Assembly: GCA_036506235.1 (NCBI GenBank)
Contig: DASXSA010000135.1
Location: 1 to 36,485 of the forward strand
From: Candidatus Limnocylindrales bacterium
Lineage (GTDB): Bacteria; Chloroflexota; Limnocylindria; Limnocylindrales; CSP1-4
Direction: 5' to 3'
Length of the DNA: 36,485 nucleotides
How positions within the stretch are numbered: the first letter of the stretch is position 1; each line of letters starts with the position of its first letter. The position numbers were made by a program, and so were the translations under genes. Shown piece after piece: positions 15,807 to 25,672 of the stretch. The notes beneath the pieces were generated by a model that was not told the DNA's origin, did not search any database, and saw only the letters and a program-made list of their open reading frames with translations.

Positions 15807-16056
15807 TCGAGCGAGGCTCATTAGACCACTTCGGCCTTCGCGGCGGCGAGGTCGATCTCGTTCGTCTTGAGCAATGCCAGGTAGATCGGGTACCGCTCGC
15901 GCCACGCGTCAAACTTCCGGTCGATCTGCCCGTCCGGTGACGGCGACGAGACGCTAATTTCGAGCGTAGCCCGGCCAGGTCCGGAGCTATACCGGCCATG
16001 CCCACCGAGCCGCGCGCGTCGGAGCTGGCCTTCGTACGCAGGAGATCAACGCCACA

Positions 16057-17568
16057 ATGGCGCCTGTGTCCGGTCCGGCGGTCCTCCCCTCCGAGCGCCG
16101 CGGCTCACCCGCCGTGCCCTGGCCCGTGCTCCTGGTCGCTGGCCTGATGCTCCTCGGGCTGCTCCTGTTTTCGGGCGCCTATGGGTTCCACGGCGACGAG
16201 ATGTACTTCATCGTGGCGGGCCAGCATCCAGCCTTCGGCTACGTGGACCAGCCGCCACTGACACCGCTGCTCTCGGCCGTCTCCGTGGCACTGCTGGGAA
16301 TCACGCCAACGGCCGTGCGGGTGCTGCCCGCGCTCGAAATGGCGCTCGTCGTCATTGTGGTCGCGCTCATCGCGCGGGACCTGGGCGGTTCGCGACGCGC
16401 GCAGGTGCTCGCGGCCGTGATCGCGGCCGTATCGGGCTATCTGGGCGCAGGCCATCTCGACACCACGACCGAGCCGGACCTGCTGGCCTCGGCGGTCATC
16501 GTGTGGCTCCTCGTGAAGCTCCTCGCGGGCGGAGACCAGCGCCTGTGGATCGTCCTGGGAGTCGTGACGGGGATCGGGCTGGAAAATAAGGACACGCTCC
16601 TGTTCCTCGGTGCAGGGCTCGCGGTCGGAGTGATCGTCGCCCGGCGCTGGGACGTGCTCCGATCACCATGGCCGTGGGCCGCGATCGCGATCGCACTGTT
16701 GTTATGGGCGCCCAACCTCGCGTGGCAGGCGACCAACGGCTGGCCGCAGCTCGCGATGGCTTCTGCGATCGCGAGCTACGCCGGCGACAACCGGGCGCAG
16801 GTGATTCCGCTCATCTGGCTGTTCACCGGGCCTGTGCTCTTCCCGGTGAGTGCAGCTGGCCTGGCGTGGACCCTTGGTGCGAGGGAGGCGGCGCCGTGGC
16901 GGACGATTGGAATCGGCGCCTTGGTTGCGCTCGTACTAGTCGTTGTCACGGGGGGCAAGGCGTACTACGTGATCGGGACGGCGGCGATGTTCATGGCTGC
17001 CGGCGGAATCGTCCTCGACCGATGGCTGGCACGTGGGCATTCGCCTGCCAAGGCGGCAGGCCTGGCTGTCGCGGCGACCTTGTCGGGAGCCCTCATCGCC
17101 CTGCTGACCTTGCCGATCCTGCCAGTCGCCACCTATGCCAGGACGTCTCTACCGGCCGAGGTTCCCGACACTGCGAACCAGATCGGCTGGCCACAGTTTG
17201 TGGCGACAGTCGAGGGCGTGGTTGCTGCACTACCTGCCGACGAGCGCGGGCGGGCAGTCATCCTCGCCAACGATTACAGCGAAGCGAGCCCGCTCATCCT
17301 GCTTGGCCACGGGCTGCCTCCGGTCTATTCCGGCCACAACTCGATGTGGAGTTGGGGACCTCCACCGGCCGACCGCTCGGTGGTTGTCCATGTGGGCGAT
17401 TGGCGCCCGGCCGACTGGAGTGCCTTCTTCGTTGACTGCCGCGACGTCGCGCACATCGACAACGGGCTCGGGATCGAGAACGGGGAGCAAGGGGAGCCGA
17501 TCAGCGTGTGCCTCGGCTTGCGCCAGCCCTGGGCTGCGATGTGGCCGGCGCTTCGGACGATCAGCTAG
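16057..17568 (+). CDS. GT-C fold membrane glycosyltransferase (family 39 / ArnT-PMT-like)
   Basis: The protein is multi-pass and hydrophobic. An early loop (HGDEMYF) carries the acidic DE motif typical of GT39/GT83 enzymes. The C-terminal domain is soluble. Confidence 0.8.
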   Translation: MAPVSGPAVLPSERRGSPAVPWPVLLVAGLMLLGLLLFSGAYGFHGDEMYFIVAGQHPAFGYVDQPPLTPLLSAVSVALLGITPTAVRVLPALEMALVVIVVALIARDLGGSRRAQVLAAVIAAVSGYLGAGHLDTTTEPDLLASAVIVWLLVKLLAGGDQRLWIVLGVVTGIGLENKDTLLFLGAGLAVGVIVARRWDVLRSPWPWAAIAIALLLWAPNLAWQATNGWPQLAMASAIASYAGDNRAQVIPLIWLFTGPVLFPVSAAGLAWTLGAREAAPWRTIGIGALVALVLVVVTGGKAYYVIGTAAMFMAAGGIVLDRWLARGHSPAKAAGLAVAATLSGALIALLTLPILPVATYARTSLPAEVPDTANQIGWPQFVATVEGVVAALPADERGRAVILANDYSEASPLILLGHGLPPVYSGHNSMWSWGPPPADRSVVVHVGDWRPADWSAFFVDCRDVAHIDNGLGIENGEQGEPISVCLGLRQPWAAMWPALRTIS

Positions 17569-17592
17569 CCGCGTCTCGGGCTCGGCCGCAAA

Positions 17593-19023
17593 TCACGCCG
17601 GGGCACGGAACGTCGACAGCGGAACCATGAGGGTGACGACGCCCTTGTTGGCAGCGTAGGCCTCGTCGCTCGCGGAACCGGCCGTCCAGAGGGTCACCGT
17701 CCCGGCCAGGCCGACATCGACCAGGTACGCGAGGCGCCTTGTGCCGGGAGGAAGACCGGACTTGTCCGACGTGCTGGTCGCCTCCACCCGCGCAGCCTGG
17801 AGGCTGTCGACCGTGAGGTCGGCCTTGTCGCTGACGGTCCACGAAGCGGGGTCGGTCGCCGCCGCCAGCGCATCGGCGAATGCTGTCTCCTCGATCGAGG
17901 CGCGGACCGCGGTCTCCAGGGTGCTGGGATCTGACGGGACGGTGATGGACGCCGGGTCGAAGTAGCGGCAGGCGAGCTCCGGAGGTGCAGCGACCGTCGA
18001 CCACGATCCGGGATAGACGAGCGTCGCGACCGAGGCGCCATCGGCTGTCTTGAGCTCGCAGTCCGCGGTCGACACGAGCGGAGCGGAGGGCGCGGGGGAC
18101 TGTCCGGCTGTGGGCTGGGCGGTCGGCTTCGCGGTGGGCTTGGCGGTCGGCGCGGTTGTCGCGGTCTCCGTCGGCGTGGCCTTGACGGTCGGCGACGGGG
18201 AGGGTTCGGTTGTCCGGCTGGCCGACGGCGCCGGGCTCGACGATGGCGACGGCTCGGTTGGTGGCGGAACGAGGGCGACGTTCATGGATCCGGACGAGTC
18301 GGTCAGGTTTACCCCGCTCGCCCGCGTATCGACGAAAGCGGCGCCCTGCAGCGCTTCCAGGAAGCTCGTCTCCTGCTTGGCCAACTCTTCGGGGCACGTA
18401 TTGGAAGTCGTGGCCAGGCGCCCGATGCGAATGATGTTGCCGTTGGTTCCGTACGTGCCACTGAACGAATTGCAGCCGCCAAAGCCGCCGACACTCGCGA
18501 TGCCGAACACCACGTCGAGATCAGAGCCTTCGCGCGGTGCCGCTACCTTGCCGGGTGCCGAGGCAAACGACTCCACTTGCCACGTGCCGCGGACGGGGTT
18601 CCGCGGTGCCGCGTCGAAGACCAGGGTCGTCGAGCCCTCGCCGAAGACGGTAAGAGTCGCGAGACGGGCGGTGTAGAAGCGGCTGCCGTTCAGCTGCGCG
18701 AGATACGCCTGCTCGAGGTTCATGGCCTCTTCGGAACAGGCCGTCTGCGTGGCCGCCGGCTGGGCGATGGTGAGTCGCCGGCCTCCAGCGTGGTAGAGCG
18801 CGTCGAACTCGTTGCAGCCCGCGAACCCGTGCAGCCGGTAATTGTCGAACTCGGCGTCCGCGTACAGCGTGTCTGGGACCAGGGTGAGCGCGCCGTCCTT
18901 CTCGTACGACCGAAGGACCCAATCCGTACCTGCGAGCTCGCCGCCGGAGCCGTCCCCGCCCACACAGGCGGCCGACACCAGTGCCGCGACGGCGATCAGC
19001 GCAAGGATCGACCTCGCGCGCAC
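17593..19023 (-). CDS. Lipoprotein with two tandem META (HslJ-like) domains, a Pro/Thr-rich linker and an unknown C-terminal domain
   Basis: The signal peptide plus lipobox-like sequence is ALVSAAC. META-type motifs occur twice (GFAGCNEF..Y and GFGGCNSFSGTY). The linker reads PSPSSSPAPS...PTAKPTAKPTAQPT. GTG start. Confidence 0.8.
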   Translation of the reverse strand: MRARSILALIAVAALVSAACVGGDGSGGELAGTDWVLRSYEKDGALTLVPDTLYADAEFDNYRLHGFAGCNEFDALYHAGGRRLTIAQPAATQTACSEEAMNLEQAYLAQLNGSRFYTARLATLTVFGEGSTTLVFDAAPRNPVRGTWQVESFASAPGKVAAPREGSDLDVVFGIASVGGFGGCNSFSGTYGTNGNIIRIGRLATTSNTCPEELAKQETSFLEALQGAAFVDTRASGVNLTDSSGSMNVALVPPPTEPSPSSSPAPSASRTTEPSPSPTVKATPTETATTAPTAKPTAKPTAQPTAGQSPAPSAPLVSTADCELKTADGASVATLVYPGSWSTVAAPPELACRYFDPASITVPSDPSTLETAVRASIEETAFADALAAATDPASWTVSDKADLTVDSLQAARVEATSTSDKSGLPPGTRRLAYLVDVGLAGTVTLWTAGSASDEAYAANKGVVTLMVPLSTFRAPA

Positions 19024-19051
19024 TGTCGTCCCCCCGCGCGATGGGACCCTG

Positions 19052-19177
19052 CTACTCGTTCCTGATCGCGACGAATCGGGCCACGAGCCGCGGGAAGCGG
19101 ATGGTTGCCATCCAGCCGATGGCGACGATCAACGCCCCGATCGACGTGAGGCGGAGCGCGTCGACGAGCGAGTCCAT
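19052..19177 (-). CDS. Possible 41-aa single-pass membrane peptide
   Basis: MDSLVDALRLTSIGALIVAIGWMATIRFPRLVARFVAIRNE has GGAG 8 nt upstream. It lies 28 nt upstream of the lipoprotein gene on the same strand. Confidence 0.35.
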   Translation of the reverse strand: MDSLVDALRLTSIGALIVAIGWMATIRFPRLVARFVAIRNE

Positions 19178-19353
19178 GGCGTTCACTCCTATGCGGTTCG
19201 CGCCATTCTTGCGGCGCGAGATCACCGCGGCATCATCAAGAAGGGATGAGGGCGCGAGCGCGATATCGACGCCAGCTGTCCATTTCGGCGCCGCGCATTC
19301 GTAGCGAGTGTGACCGGCGGGACGGACCCGCCGCCACACAGGAGAATTCTGGA

Positions 19354-19725
19354 ATGCCTCATTACATGCTCGCCGCCCATACACGCCAGGAGGACACCGT
19401 CCCGGCTCTTACCGATGAGGAGATGAAGGCTTCGTGGCAGCGGATCCAGCGGGTCGAGGTGGACCTGAAGTCAGCCAACGCGTGGGTCTTCTCCGCCCGG
19501 CTCCACGATCCGGACACGGCAACCGTCGTCCGGGTGTCGAACGGCGACGTCCTCACGACCGACGGGCCGTTCGCCGAGTCGAAGGACCACCTCGGCGGCT
19601 TCTATGTCATTGAGGCCGCCGATCTGGATGAGGCGCTCGCCTGGGCCGCGAAGGTCTCCGAAGCTATCGGCAATCCGATCGAAGTCCGGCCCTTCGCGGG
19701 AGTTGCCTGGGAGCCTGGTGGCTGA
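19354..19725 (+). CDS. YciI/DGPF-domain family protein
   Basis: MPHYMLAAH..., the TTDGPFAESKDHLGGFYVIEA core motif (DGPF) and the EVRPF ending fit this family. GGAGAA lies upstream. Confidence 0.85.
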   Translation: MPHYMLAAHTRQEDTVPALTDEEMKASWQRIQRVEVDLKSANAWVFSARLHDPDTATVVRVSNGDVLTTDGPFAESKDHLGGFYVIEAADLDEALAWAAKVSEAIGNPIEVRPFAGVAWEPGG

Positions 19726-20971
19726 CGGCGGTCGGACGAGCGGGACGCCGAGCCCGATCGATCCCTCTGAGGTCGGCCGGATCTTCCGCGAGGAGTCCGG
19801 CCGATCCATCGCCTCTCTCATCCGGCTCTTCGGCGACATCGACGTCGCCGAGGATGCTGTCCAGGACGCGTTCGCGATCGCCCTTGAGCGCTGGCCGGTC
19901 CACGGCCTCCCGCCAAACCCAGGCGGCTGGGTCACGACCACCGCACGGAACCGCGCCATCGATCGTCTGCGCCGCGCGGCACGAGAGCGGGAGCTGCTGG
20001 GCCAGGCGTCCGTGATGGGCCCGCAGCCCTTCGATCGCGACGTGCCCGAGGAGGTTGGGCCCGTGCAGGACGACCGGCTGCGGCTCATTTTCACCTGCTG
20101 CCACCCCGCGCTCGCGGCCGAGGCCCAGGTCGCGCTGACGCTGCGGCTGCTCGGCGGACTCTCGACCAGCGAGGTCGCCTCAGCTTTCCTTGTCCCTGAG
20201 CCGACGATGGAAAAGCGCCTCGTCAGAGCCAAGCACAAGATCAGGGCCGCACGAGTGCCGTACCGTATTCCCGAAGATCACGAGCTGCCGGCGAGGCTCC
20301 CGCCCGTCCTCGCCGTCTTCTACCTCATCTACAACGCCGGGCTGAACGGACGTGCTCTGTCCGCCTTGTGCGCGGAGGCGATTCGTCTCGCCGCGGTCCT
20401 CGTAGAGCTCATGCCAGACGAAGGCGAGGTTGCAGGCCTTTTGGCCCTGCTGCTCCTGATCGAGGCACGGCGGGCAGCCCGGACCGCGCCCGACGGTTCG
20501 CTCGTTCTCCTGGCGGACCAGGATCGATCGCGCTGGGACCGCGGCCTCATGGCGGAGGGCCACGCGATCGTGCGCGCCTGCCTCCGACGCAACCGGCCCG
20601 GCCCGTACCAGATCCAGGCTGCGATCAACGCGGTGCATGCCGACGCGGCGACCTTCCAGGAGACCGATTGGGCGCAGATCGTCGGCCTCTACGACCAGTT
20701 GCTCGCGATGACCCCGACGCCTGTCGTTGCGCTCAACCGCGCCGTCGCGGTCGGGGAGGTAGCCGGTCCAGCCGCGGCCCTTGCGCTTGTCGAGGACCTG
20801 GAACTCGACGGTTACCACCCGTTCCACGCAACCCGAGCCGACCTCCTCTGGCGGGTGGGCCGAAGGGCGGAGGCTGGCATCGAATTCCAGCGGGCGGCCG
20901 AGGTCGCGCCAACCGAGGCCGAGCGCGAGTTCTTCAGGCTTGGGGGCCGCTGGGGCGCTCGGTCTCGTTGA
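19718..20971 (+). CDS. ECF sigma factor with long C-terminal TPR-like extension (ECF42-type)
   Basis: Region 2 reads DVAEDAVQDAFAIALERW ... GWVTTTARNRAIDRLRR. Region 4 reads RLIFTCCHPAL ... LLGGLSTSEVASAFLVPEPTMEKRLVRAK. An extension of about 200 aa follows. The GTG start overlaps the YciI stop by 8 nt. Confidence 0.85.
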   Translation: MADGGRTSGTPSPIDPSEVGRIFREESGRSIASLIRLFGDIDVAEDAVQDAFAIALERWPVHGLPPNPGGWVTTTARNRAIDRLRRAARERELLGQASVMGPQPFDRDVPEEVGPVQDDRLRLIFTCCHPALAAEAQVALTLRLLGGLSTSEVASAFLVPEPTMEKRLVRAKHKIRAARVPYRIPEDHELPARLPPVLAVFYLIYNAGLNGRALSALCAEAIRLAAVLVELMPDEGEVAGLLALLLLIEARRAARTAPDGSLVLLADQDRSRWDRGLMAEGHAIVRACLRRNRPGPYQIQAAINAVHADAATFQETDWAQIVGLYDQLLAMTPTPVVALNRAVAVGEVAGPAAALALVEDLELDGYHPFHATRADLLWRVGRRAEAGIEFQRAAEVAPTEAEREFFRLGGRWGARSR

Positions 20972-22250
20972 TCGAAGGCCCGGCGGTCGCGTCGGCCAGT
21001 TCACTCGCCTCGAGCTCCCGGGAGACAAACGCCCTGTTTTCAACTGGTGGAGCTCCCCCGAGAGCCCGCAATTCACCGGGCTCCAACAAGCGCGAAACCG
21101 CGACTCCGAGGACAAGCGCCCAGAAAAACGGCCCCAGCCCGAGCAACGTCAGGCTCGACTGGACCACGACGAAGGCGACCAGGGGCCCCAGCACGAGCGG
21201 TCCGGCCACGACCTGCTTGAGTGACGTGGCCAGGACGCCCAGCAGGGCGAGCCCGGCCAATCCCTGGACAAGCGGCCCGGGCAGGAAGGTGACCAGGCCC
21301 ACGGCAACGCCGGCGAACAGCCCGATGACGATGAGAGCAATCCCAGCGGCCGTGGCGGCCCGAACCCGCCTGTCGGACGCACCGCACTCGGGCCCGGCCA
21401 CCAACGGCATGATCGGCAGCGGGACCGAGACGGCATTGGGCCCGAGGAACGACAGGGCGACCGTACCAACGCCACTGACCAGGTCGATCTCACGCTCGGG
21501 CGGGTCGTAGCCCTGGCTCCTGAGAAAGACCAGGGATGGAAGGTTCGCCTGGAGCACCATGATCGCGATCACGATCGGAGTCACGGTCACCAGGGCCTCG
21601 ACGGAGAAGGTCGGCAGCGTGACGGCGAGTTGAGGCAACGAAAAGGTCGGTGGTAAACCCAGCTTGCCGGTTGCCGCGGCGAGAGTCACGCCGACCACGA
21701 GCGCCGGCAGAAGCGGGGTGACCGATGACAGGAACCGGCGACCCAGGAGATAGCCGGCGAGTGCACCGCCGACGACCAGTGGGTCCTGTCCCACGTTCGT
21801 GAACAGGCGGACGACGAACGGCAGTACGGCTCCTGCCAGCAAGCCCACGACGATGGGTGGCGGTACGAGCCGGGTCAGCCTGCGGGTGAGCCCAGCGACC
21901 CCGAGGGCCGCGACGGCGGCGCCGGCAACAACCGACGCGCCGGCAAGCGCGGGAAAGGACACGTGGCGGGCTTCGGACGCGAACAGGATGATGGCGAAGA
22001 CATTCCCCGTTAGGACGAGTGGTTGATGGTGGCGGATCGCGAGCCACAGGCCGAGGATGCCGGGACCGGCGTAGAGCGCGAAAACCCAGCTCGATAGCTG
22101 CCCGGTCGAGAGCCCGAGCGACGGAGCCGCGCTGAGTGGGATCGTGAGTACCGCGAGAAAGACCATGACCGCCGGCAGTGCGGCGGCCACGGAATCAAAG
22201 GCGGCCCGGGGCCCCGTGACGACTCGTTCCGTGCGGTTCGGTGCCTGCAC
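20934..22250 (-). CDS. benE: BenE-family (benzoate/H+ symporter-like) membrane transporter
   Basis: The protein is polytopic, with the overall pattern and length of BenE. This is a family-level call from memory only, and the start is uncertain (GTG 22250 or a downstream Met). Confidence 0.7.
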   Translation of the reverse strand: MQAPNRTERVVTGPRAAFDSVAAALPAVMVFLAVLTIPLSAAPSLGLSTGQLSSWVFALYAGPGILGLWLAIRHHQPLVLTGNVFAIILFASEARHVSFPALAGASVVAGAAVAALGVAGLTRRLTRLVPPPIVVGLLAGAVLPFVVRLFTNVGQDPLVVGGALAGYLLGRRFLSSVTPLLPALVVGVTLAAATGKLGLPPTFSLPQLAVTLPTFSVEALVTVTPIVIAIMVLQANLPSLVFLRSQGYDPPEREIDLVSGVGTVALSFLGPNAVSVPLPIMPLVAGPECGASDRRVRAATAAGIALIVIGLFAGVAVGLVTFLPGPLVQGLAGLALLGVLATSLKQVVAGPLVLGPLVAFVVVQSSLTLLGLGPFFWALVLGVAVSRLLEPGELRALGGAPPVENRAFVSRELEASELADATAGPSINETERPSGPQA

Positions 22251-22319
22251 GGACGTAACTTACTGAGTCGGTCTGGTCCCGAGGCACTGGCGGGCGTTGA
22301 CGGCGGCCTGCCCGTCGGA

Positions 22320-24677
22320 TCAGCCGACCGCGACGGGCTCCAGCCGGCGCCGGAGATGTAGGCCGGTCAGCGAGCCTTCGGTCCGGGCCAGCTCCGCCGG
22401 CGGCCCCTCGAAGATCACCCGCCCGCCGTCGTGGCCCCCGCCGGGCCCCAGGTCAATCACCCAGTCCGCCCGGGCAACGACATCGAGGTTGTGCTCGATG
22501 ACGATGACCGTCCGTCCGCTCTCGACGAGCCGGTCAAGCAGGCCGATGAGGTTGTCGACGTCCTGCAGGTGGAGCCCGGTCGTCGGCTCGTCGAGGACAT
22601 AGACCTCCGTGTCGCCCGACATCTCGATCGCCAGCTTGAGCCGCTGGCGCTCGCCGCCTGAAAGCGTGTCGAGCTCCTGGCCGAGCGAGATGTAGCCAAG
22701 CCCGACGTCGGCCAGGCGGTCCAGCATGACCTTGACGGGCCGCTCGCCGAAGAAGTCGCGCGCCTCCTCGACCGGCAGCGCGAGGGCCTCAACGATGTTC
22801 CGGCCCCGGAGTCGGTACTCGAGGACGTCGTCGGTGAAGCGCCGGCCTTCGCAGACCTCACAGACGCTGACGACCTCGGACATGAACCCGAGGCTGGTGT
22901 AGGTCTTGCCCAGGCCGTTGCAGTTCTGGCACGCGCCCTCGGAGTTCGCGCTGAAGAGCGCCGCCTTGACGCCATTCACCTTCGCGAACGCCGACCGGAT
23001 CGGGTCGAGGATGCCGGTGTACGTCGCGGGGTTCGAGCGCCGCGAGCCCCGGATCGCGGACTGGTCGACGACCGTCACCGACGGGTCGGTCCGGGGCAGA
23101 CAGCCATGGATCAGCGAGCTCTTGCCGGAGCCGGCGACCCCGGTCACCGCGACGAGCAGCCCGAGCGGCACGTCGACCGAGACGTCCTTGAGGTTGTGGA
23201 GCCGGGCGTGCCGGATGGGGATCGAGCCGCGCGCCACGCGCGGCGCCACCTTCAGCTCCTGGCGGGTCTCGAGATGACGGCCCGTGGTGGTTCCGGACGC
23301 GGCGAGGCCGTCAACCGTGCCCTCGAACACGATGGTTCCGCCGTGGGGGCCGGCGCCCGGGCCCATGTCAACGACGTGGTCCGCGATCCGGATCACCTCC
23401 GGGTCGTGCTCGACGACGAGGACCGTGTTGCCCTTGTCGCGGAGACGGCGGAGGAGCGCATTCATCCGCTCGACGTCGTGAGCGTGGAGCCCGATCGTCG
23501 GCTCGTCGAAGACGTAGGTGACGTCGGTCAGCGCCGAGCCGACGTGGCGGATCATCCGCGTCCGTTGCGCTTCGCCGCCGGAGAGGGTGCCCGACGGCCG
23601 GTCCAGGCTCAGGTAGCCGAGGCCGATCGCCACGAAGGCGTCGAGGGTGTCGCGGAGCGTCGCGAGGAGCGGCGCGACCCCCGGGTTATCGAGACCTCGC
23701 ACCCACGCCGCGAGGTCGCTGATCTGCATCGCGCAGGCGTCGGCGATGTTGATGCCGGCGATCCGTGACGATCGGGCCGCCTCGTTGAGCCGCGTGCCGC
23801 CACAGGCGGGGCAGGCGCTGAACGTCACGGCGCGCTCCACGAACGCACGGATGTGGGGCTGGAGCGCATCGACATCCTTGGACAGGAACGCCTTCTGGAC
23901 GCGCGGGACCAGCCCCTCGTAGGTCAGGTTGATCCCGTTGATCCGGACCTTCACGGGCTCCTTGTGGAGGAAGTCGTGGAGCTCGGCCTCGCTGTAGTCC
24001 CGGATCGGCTTGTCCGGGTCGAAGAAGCCGGATTCGCTGAACATCCGCGTCGACCAGCCATCGGCGGTGTAGCCGGGGACGGTGATCGCACCCTGCGCGA
24101 GGGACTTGCTCTCGTCGTAGAGCTGACTCAGGTCGATGTCGTTCGCGAAGCCCATGCCTTCGCAGCGCGGGCACATCCCGCCCGCGACGCTGAAGCTGCG
24201 GCTGATCGTCTCGCCGTCGCCGCGGTCGATCTTCAGCGCACCGGCGCCGCTGACCGAAGGAATGTTGAACGAGAACGCCTGGGGGCCGCCGATATGGGGC
24301 TGGCCGCGACGGGCGAACAGGATTCGGAGGAGGGCATTCGTGTCGGTGACCGTGCCAACCGTCGATCGGACGTTTGCTCCCATTCGCTCCTGGTCGACGA
24401 GGATCGCGGTCGTCAGCCCGTCGAGCGAGTCGACGTCCGGTCGGGCCAGCGTCGGCATGAAGCCCTGGACGAAGGAGCTGTAGGTCTCGTTGATGAGCCG
24501 CTGCGACTCGGCGGCGATCGTCCCGAACACGAGCGAGCTCTTGCCCGAGCCGGAAACGCCGGTGAACACGGTCAGCCGGCGCTTCGGGATATCAAGGCTG
24601 ATGTCGCGGAGATTGTTCTCGCGGGCGCCCCGGACCGCGATGGCTCCGAAGGCGCCCCACCTGCCGTCCGAGGTCAA
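22320..24677 (-). CDS. Class II UvrA paralog (UvrA2/DrrC-like ABC ATPase lacking the UvrB-binding domain)
   Basis: There are two ABC modules: [10 protein letters not shown] and [10 protein letters not shown] Walker A, LSGGEAQR and LSGGERQR signatures. The zinc modules are [24 protein letters not shown] and CEVCEGRRF. Only about 35 aa separate LFARRG from the first Cys module, where E. coli UvrA has about 130 aa. A TTG start at 24677 overlaps the upstream stop (TTGA). Confidence 0.9.
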   Translation of the reverse strand: MTSDGRWGAFGAIAVRGARENNLRDISLDIPKRRLTVFTGVSGSGKSSLVFGTIAAESQRLINETYSSFVQGFMPTLARPDVDSLDGLTTAILVDQERMGANVRSTVGTVTDTNALLRILFARRGQPHIGGPQAFSFNIPSVSGAGALKIDRGDGETISRSFSVAGGMCPRCEGMGFANDIDLSQLYDESKSLAQGAITVPGYTADGWSTRMFSESGFFDPDKPIRDYSEAELHDFLHKEPVKVRINGINLTYEGLVPRVQKAFLSKDVDALQPHIRAFVERAVTFSACPACGGTRLNEAARSSRIAGINIADACAMQISDLAAWVRGLDNPGVAPLLATLRDTLDAFVAIGLGYLSLDRPSGTLSGGEAQRTRMIRHVGSALTDVTYVFDEPTIGLHAHDVERMNALLRRLRDKGNTVLVVEHDPEVIRIADHVVDMGPGAGPHGGTIVFEGTVDGLAASGTTTGRHLETRQELKVAPRVARGSIPIRHARLHNLKDVSVDVPLGLLVAVTGVAGSGKSSLIHGCLPRTDPSVTVVDQSAIRGSRRSNPATYTGILDPIRSAFAKVNGVKAALFSANSEGACQNCNGLGKTYTSLGFMSEVVSVCEVCEGRRFTDDVLEYRLRGRNIVEALALPVEEARDFFGERPVKVMLDRLADVGLGYISLGQELDTLSGGERQRLKLAIEMSGDTEVYVLDEPTTGLHLQDVDNLIGLLDRLVESGRTVIVIEHNLDVVARADWVIDLGPGGGHDGGRVIFEGPPAELARTEGSLTGLHLRRRLEPVAVG

Positions 24678-25156
24678 CCCGCAGCCTTCTTGATGAGCTC
24701 GGCGATGCGGTCCTGCACGCCAGGCGTCAGCTCGATCACCGCGAATTCGGTCGCCCACATCTTGCCGTCGTCCAGCGCGGCATCTGGCTGGAAGCCGAAG
24801 GTCGAGTAGCGGACCTTGAACTTCGACTTGGGCTTGTAGAAGGCGATGACCTTGCCGTCCTTGCCGGCCCTCGCGTACGCCGGCATGCCGTAGTACGTCT
24901 TCGGCACGAGGGCCGGCGCGGCGGTCATCACGATCTCGTGGATCCGCTCGCCCATGGCGCGATCGTCGGCGGGCATCTTGGCGAGGCTTTCGCGCAGGTC
25001 GGCCTCGCCGTCCGCGCGCTCCTGGGCGGGGCTGCGGCCAGCGGCCGACTTTCGCTCGCGCGCGGTCGCGGCGACCGCTGCGCGCTCTTCCTCAGTGAAC
25101 ACCTTGTCGTCGTTGCGCGTCACGTAGCGGTTCTTCGTTGCCTGGTTGGTCGGCAT
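24674..25156 (-). CDS. DUF1801 (YdhG-like) domain protein
   Basis: YYGMPAYARAGKDGKVIAFYKPKSKFKVRYSTFGF matches my memory of the YdhG-like fold family. AAGGGAG lies 8 nt upstream of the ATG. Confidence 0.75.
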   Translation of the reverse strand: MPTNQATKNRYVTRNDDKVFTEEERAAVAATARERKSAAGRSPAQERADGEADLRESLAKMPADDRAMGERIHEIVMTAAPALVPKTYYGMPAYARAGKDGKVIAFYKPKSKFKVRYSTFGFQPDAALDDGKMWATEFAVIELTPGVQDRIAELIKKAAG

Positions 25157-25197
25157 CTCGGGTACTCCCTTGTCTGGCGTGATTGTCGTGGGCGGGC

Positions 25198-25629
25198 TCA
25201 GGCCGTCGCCTTCTGGGGGACCTTCCCCTGCTGCAGGATCCGGATCGGGTTCCCGAACGGATCGCGGACGCCCATGTCAGTGCCGTAGAAGTGATCCGTG
25301 GGCTCCTGGGTGAAGTCGGTGACGCCGCGCGACTTGAGCTCCTCGTAGAGGCCGCGGGCATCGTCGGTGATGAACACGAGCCCGCCGAGCGCGCCCTTGG
25401 TGATGAGCTCGCGAAGCTGCGCCGCGGTCGCTTCGTCGTGCAGCGGCGAACCCGGCTGCTCCAGCGAAACCTCGGTGCCCGGCTGGCCCGGGACCCGGAT
25501 GGTCAGCCAGCGGTAGTCACCCTGGCGGACGTCGTTGCCCTTCTCGAGCCCGAGCTTGTTGACGTAGAAGTCGAGCGCCTCCTCCTTGTCGAGGACATAG
25601 ATCGATGCCACGTTGAGCCTGGTGATCAT
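25198..25629 (-). CDS. VOC (glyoxalase/bleomycin-resistance/dioxygenase) family protein
   Basis: The 143-aa protein reads MITRLNVASIYVLDKEEALDFYVNKLGLE ... HFYGTDMGVRDPFGNPIRI, the typical paired beta-alpha-beta-beta-beta pattern. Confidence 0.85.
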   Translation of the reverse strand: MITRLNVASIYVLDKEEALDFYVNKLGLEKGNDVRQGDYRWLTIRVPGQPGTEVSLEQPGSPLHDEATAAQLRELITKGALGGLVFITDDARGLYEELKSRGVTDFTQEPTDHFYGTDMGVRDPFGNPIRILQQGKVPQKATA

Positions 25630-25672
25630 CTCGTGGGTTCTCCTCTGTGTGTGGATGCAAGCGTCACTGACC

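Noticed and set aside
18090-18250. Repetitive GGC/GGT-rich DNA that could be mistaken for a tandem repeat element
   Set aside because: It is the coding sequence of the Pro/Thr/Ala/Ser-rich linker of the lipoprotein. It is low-complexity coding DNA, not spacer-repeat or satellite structure.
24678-24758. Upstream extension of the UvrA-paralog ORF
   Set aside because: It would overlap the DUF1801 gene by 85 nt. UvrA-type proteins start about 10-15 residues before the (I/V)RGAR.(H/N)NL motif, which fits the TTG at 24677.
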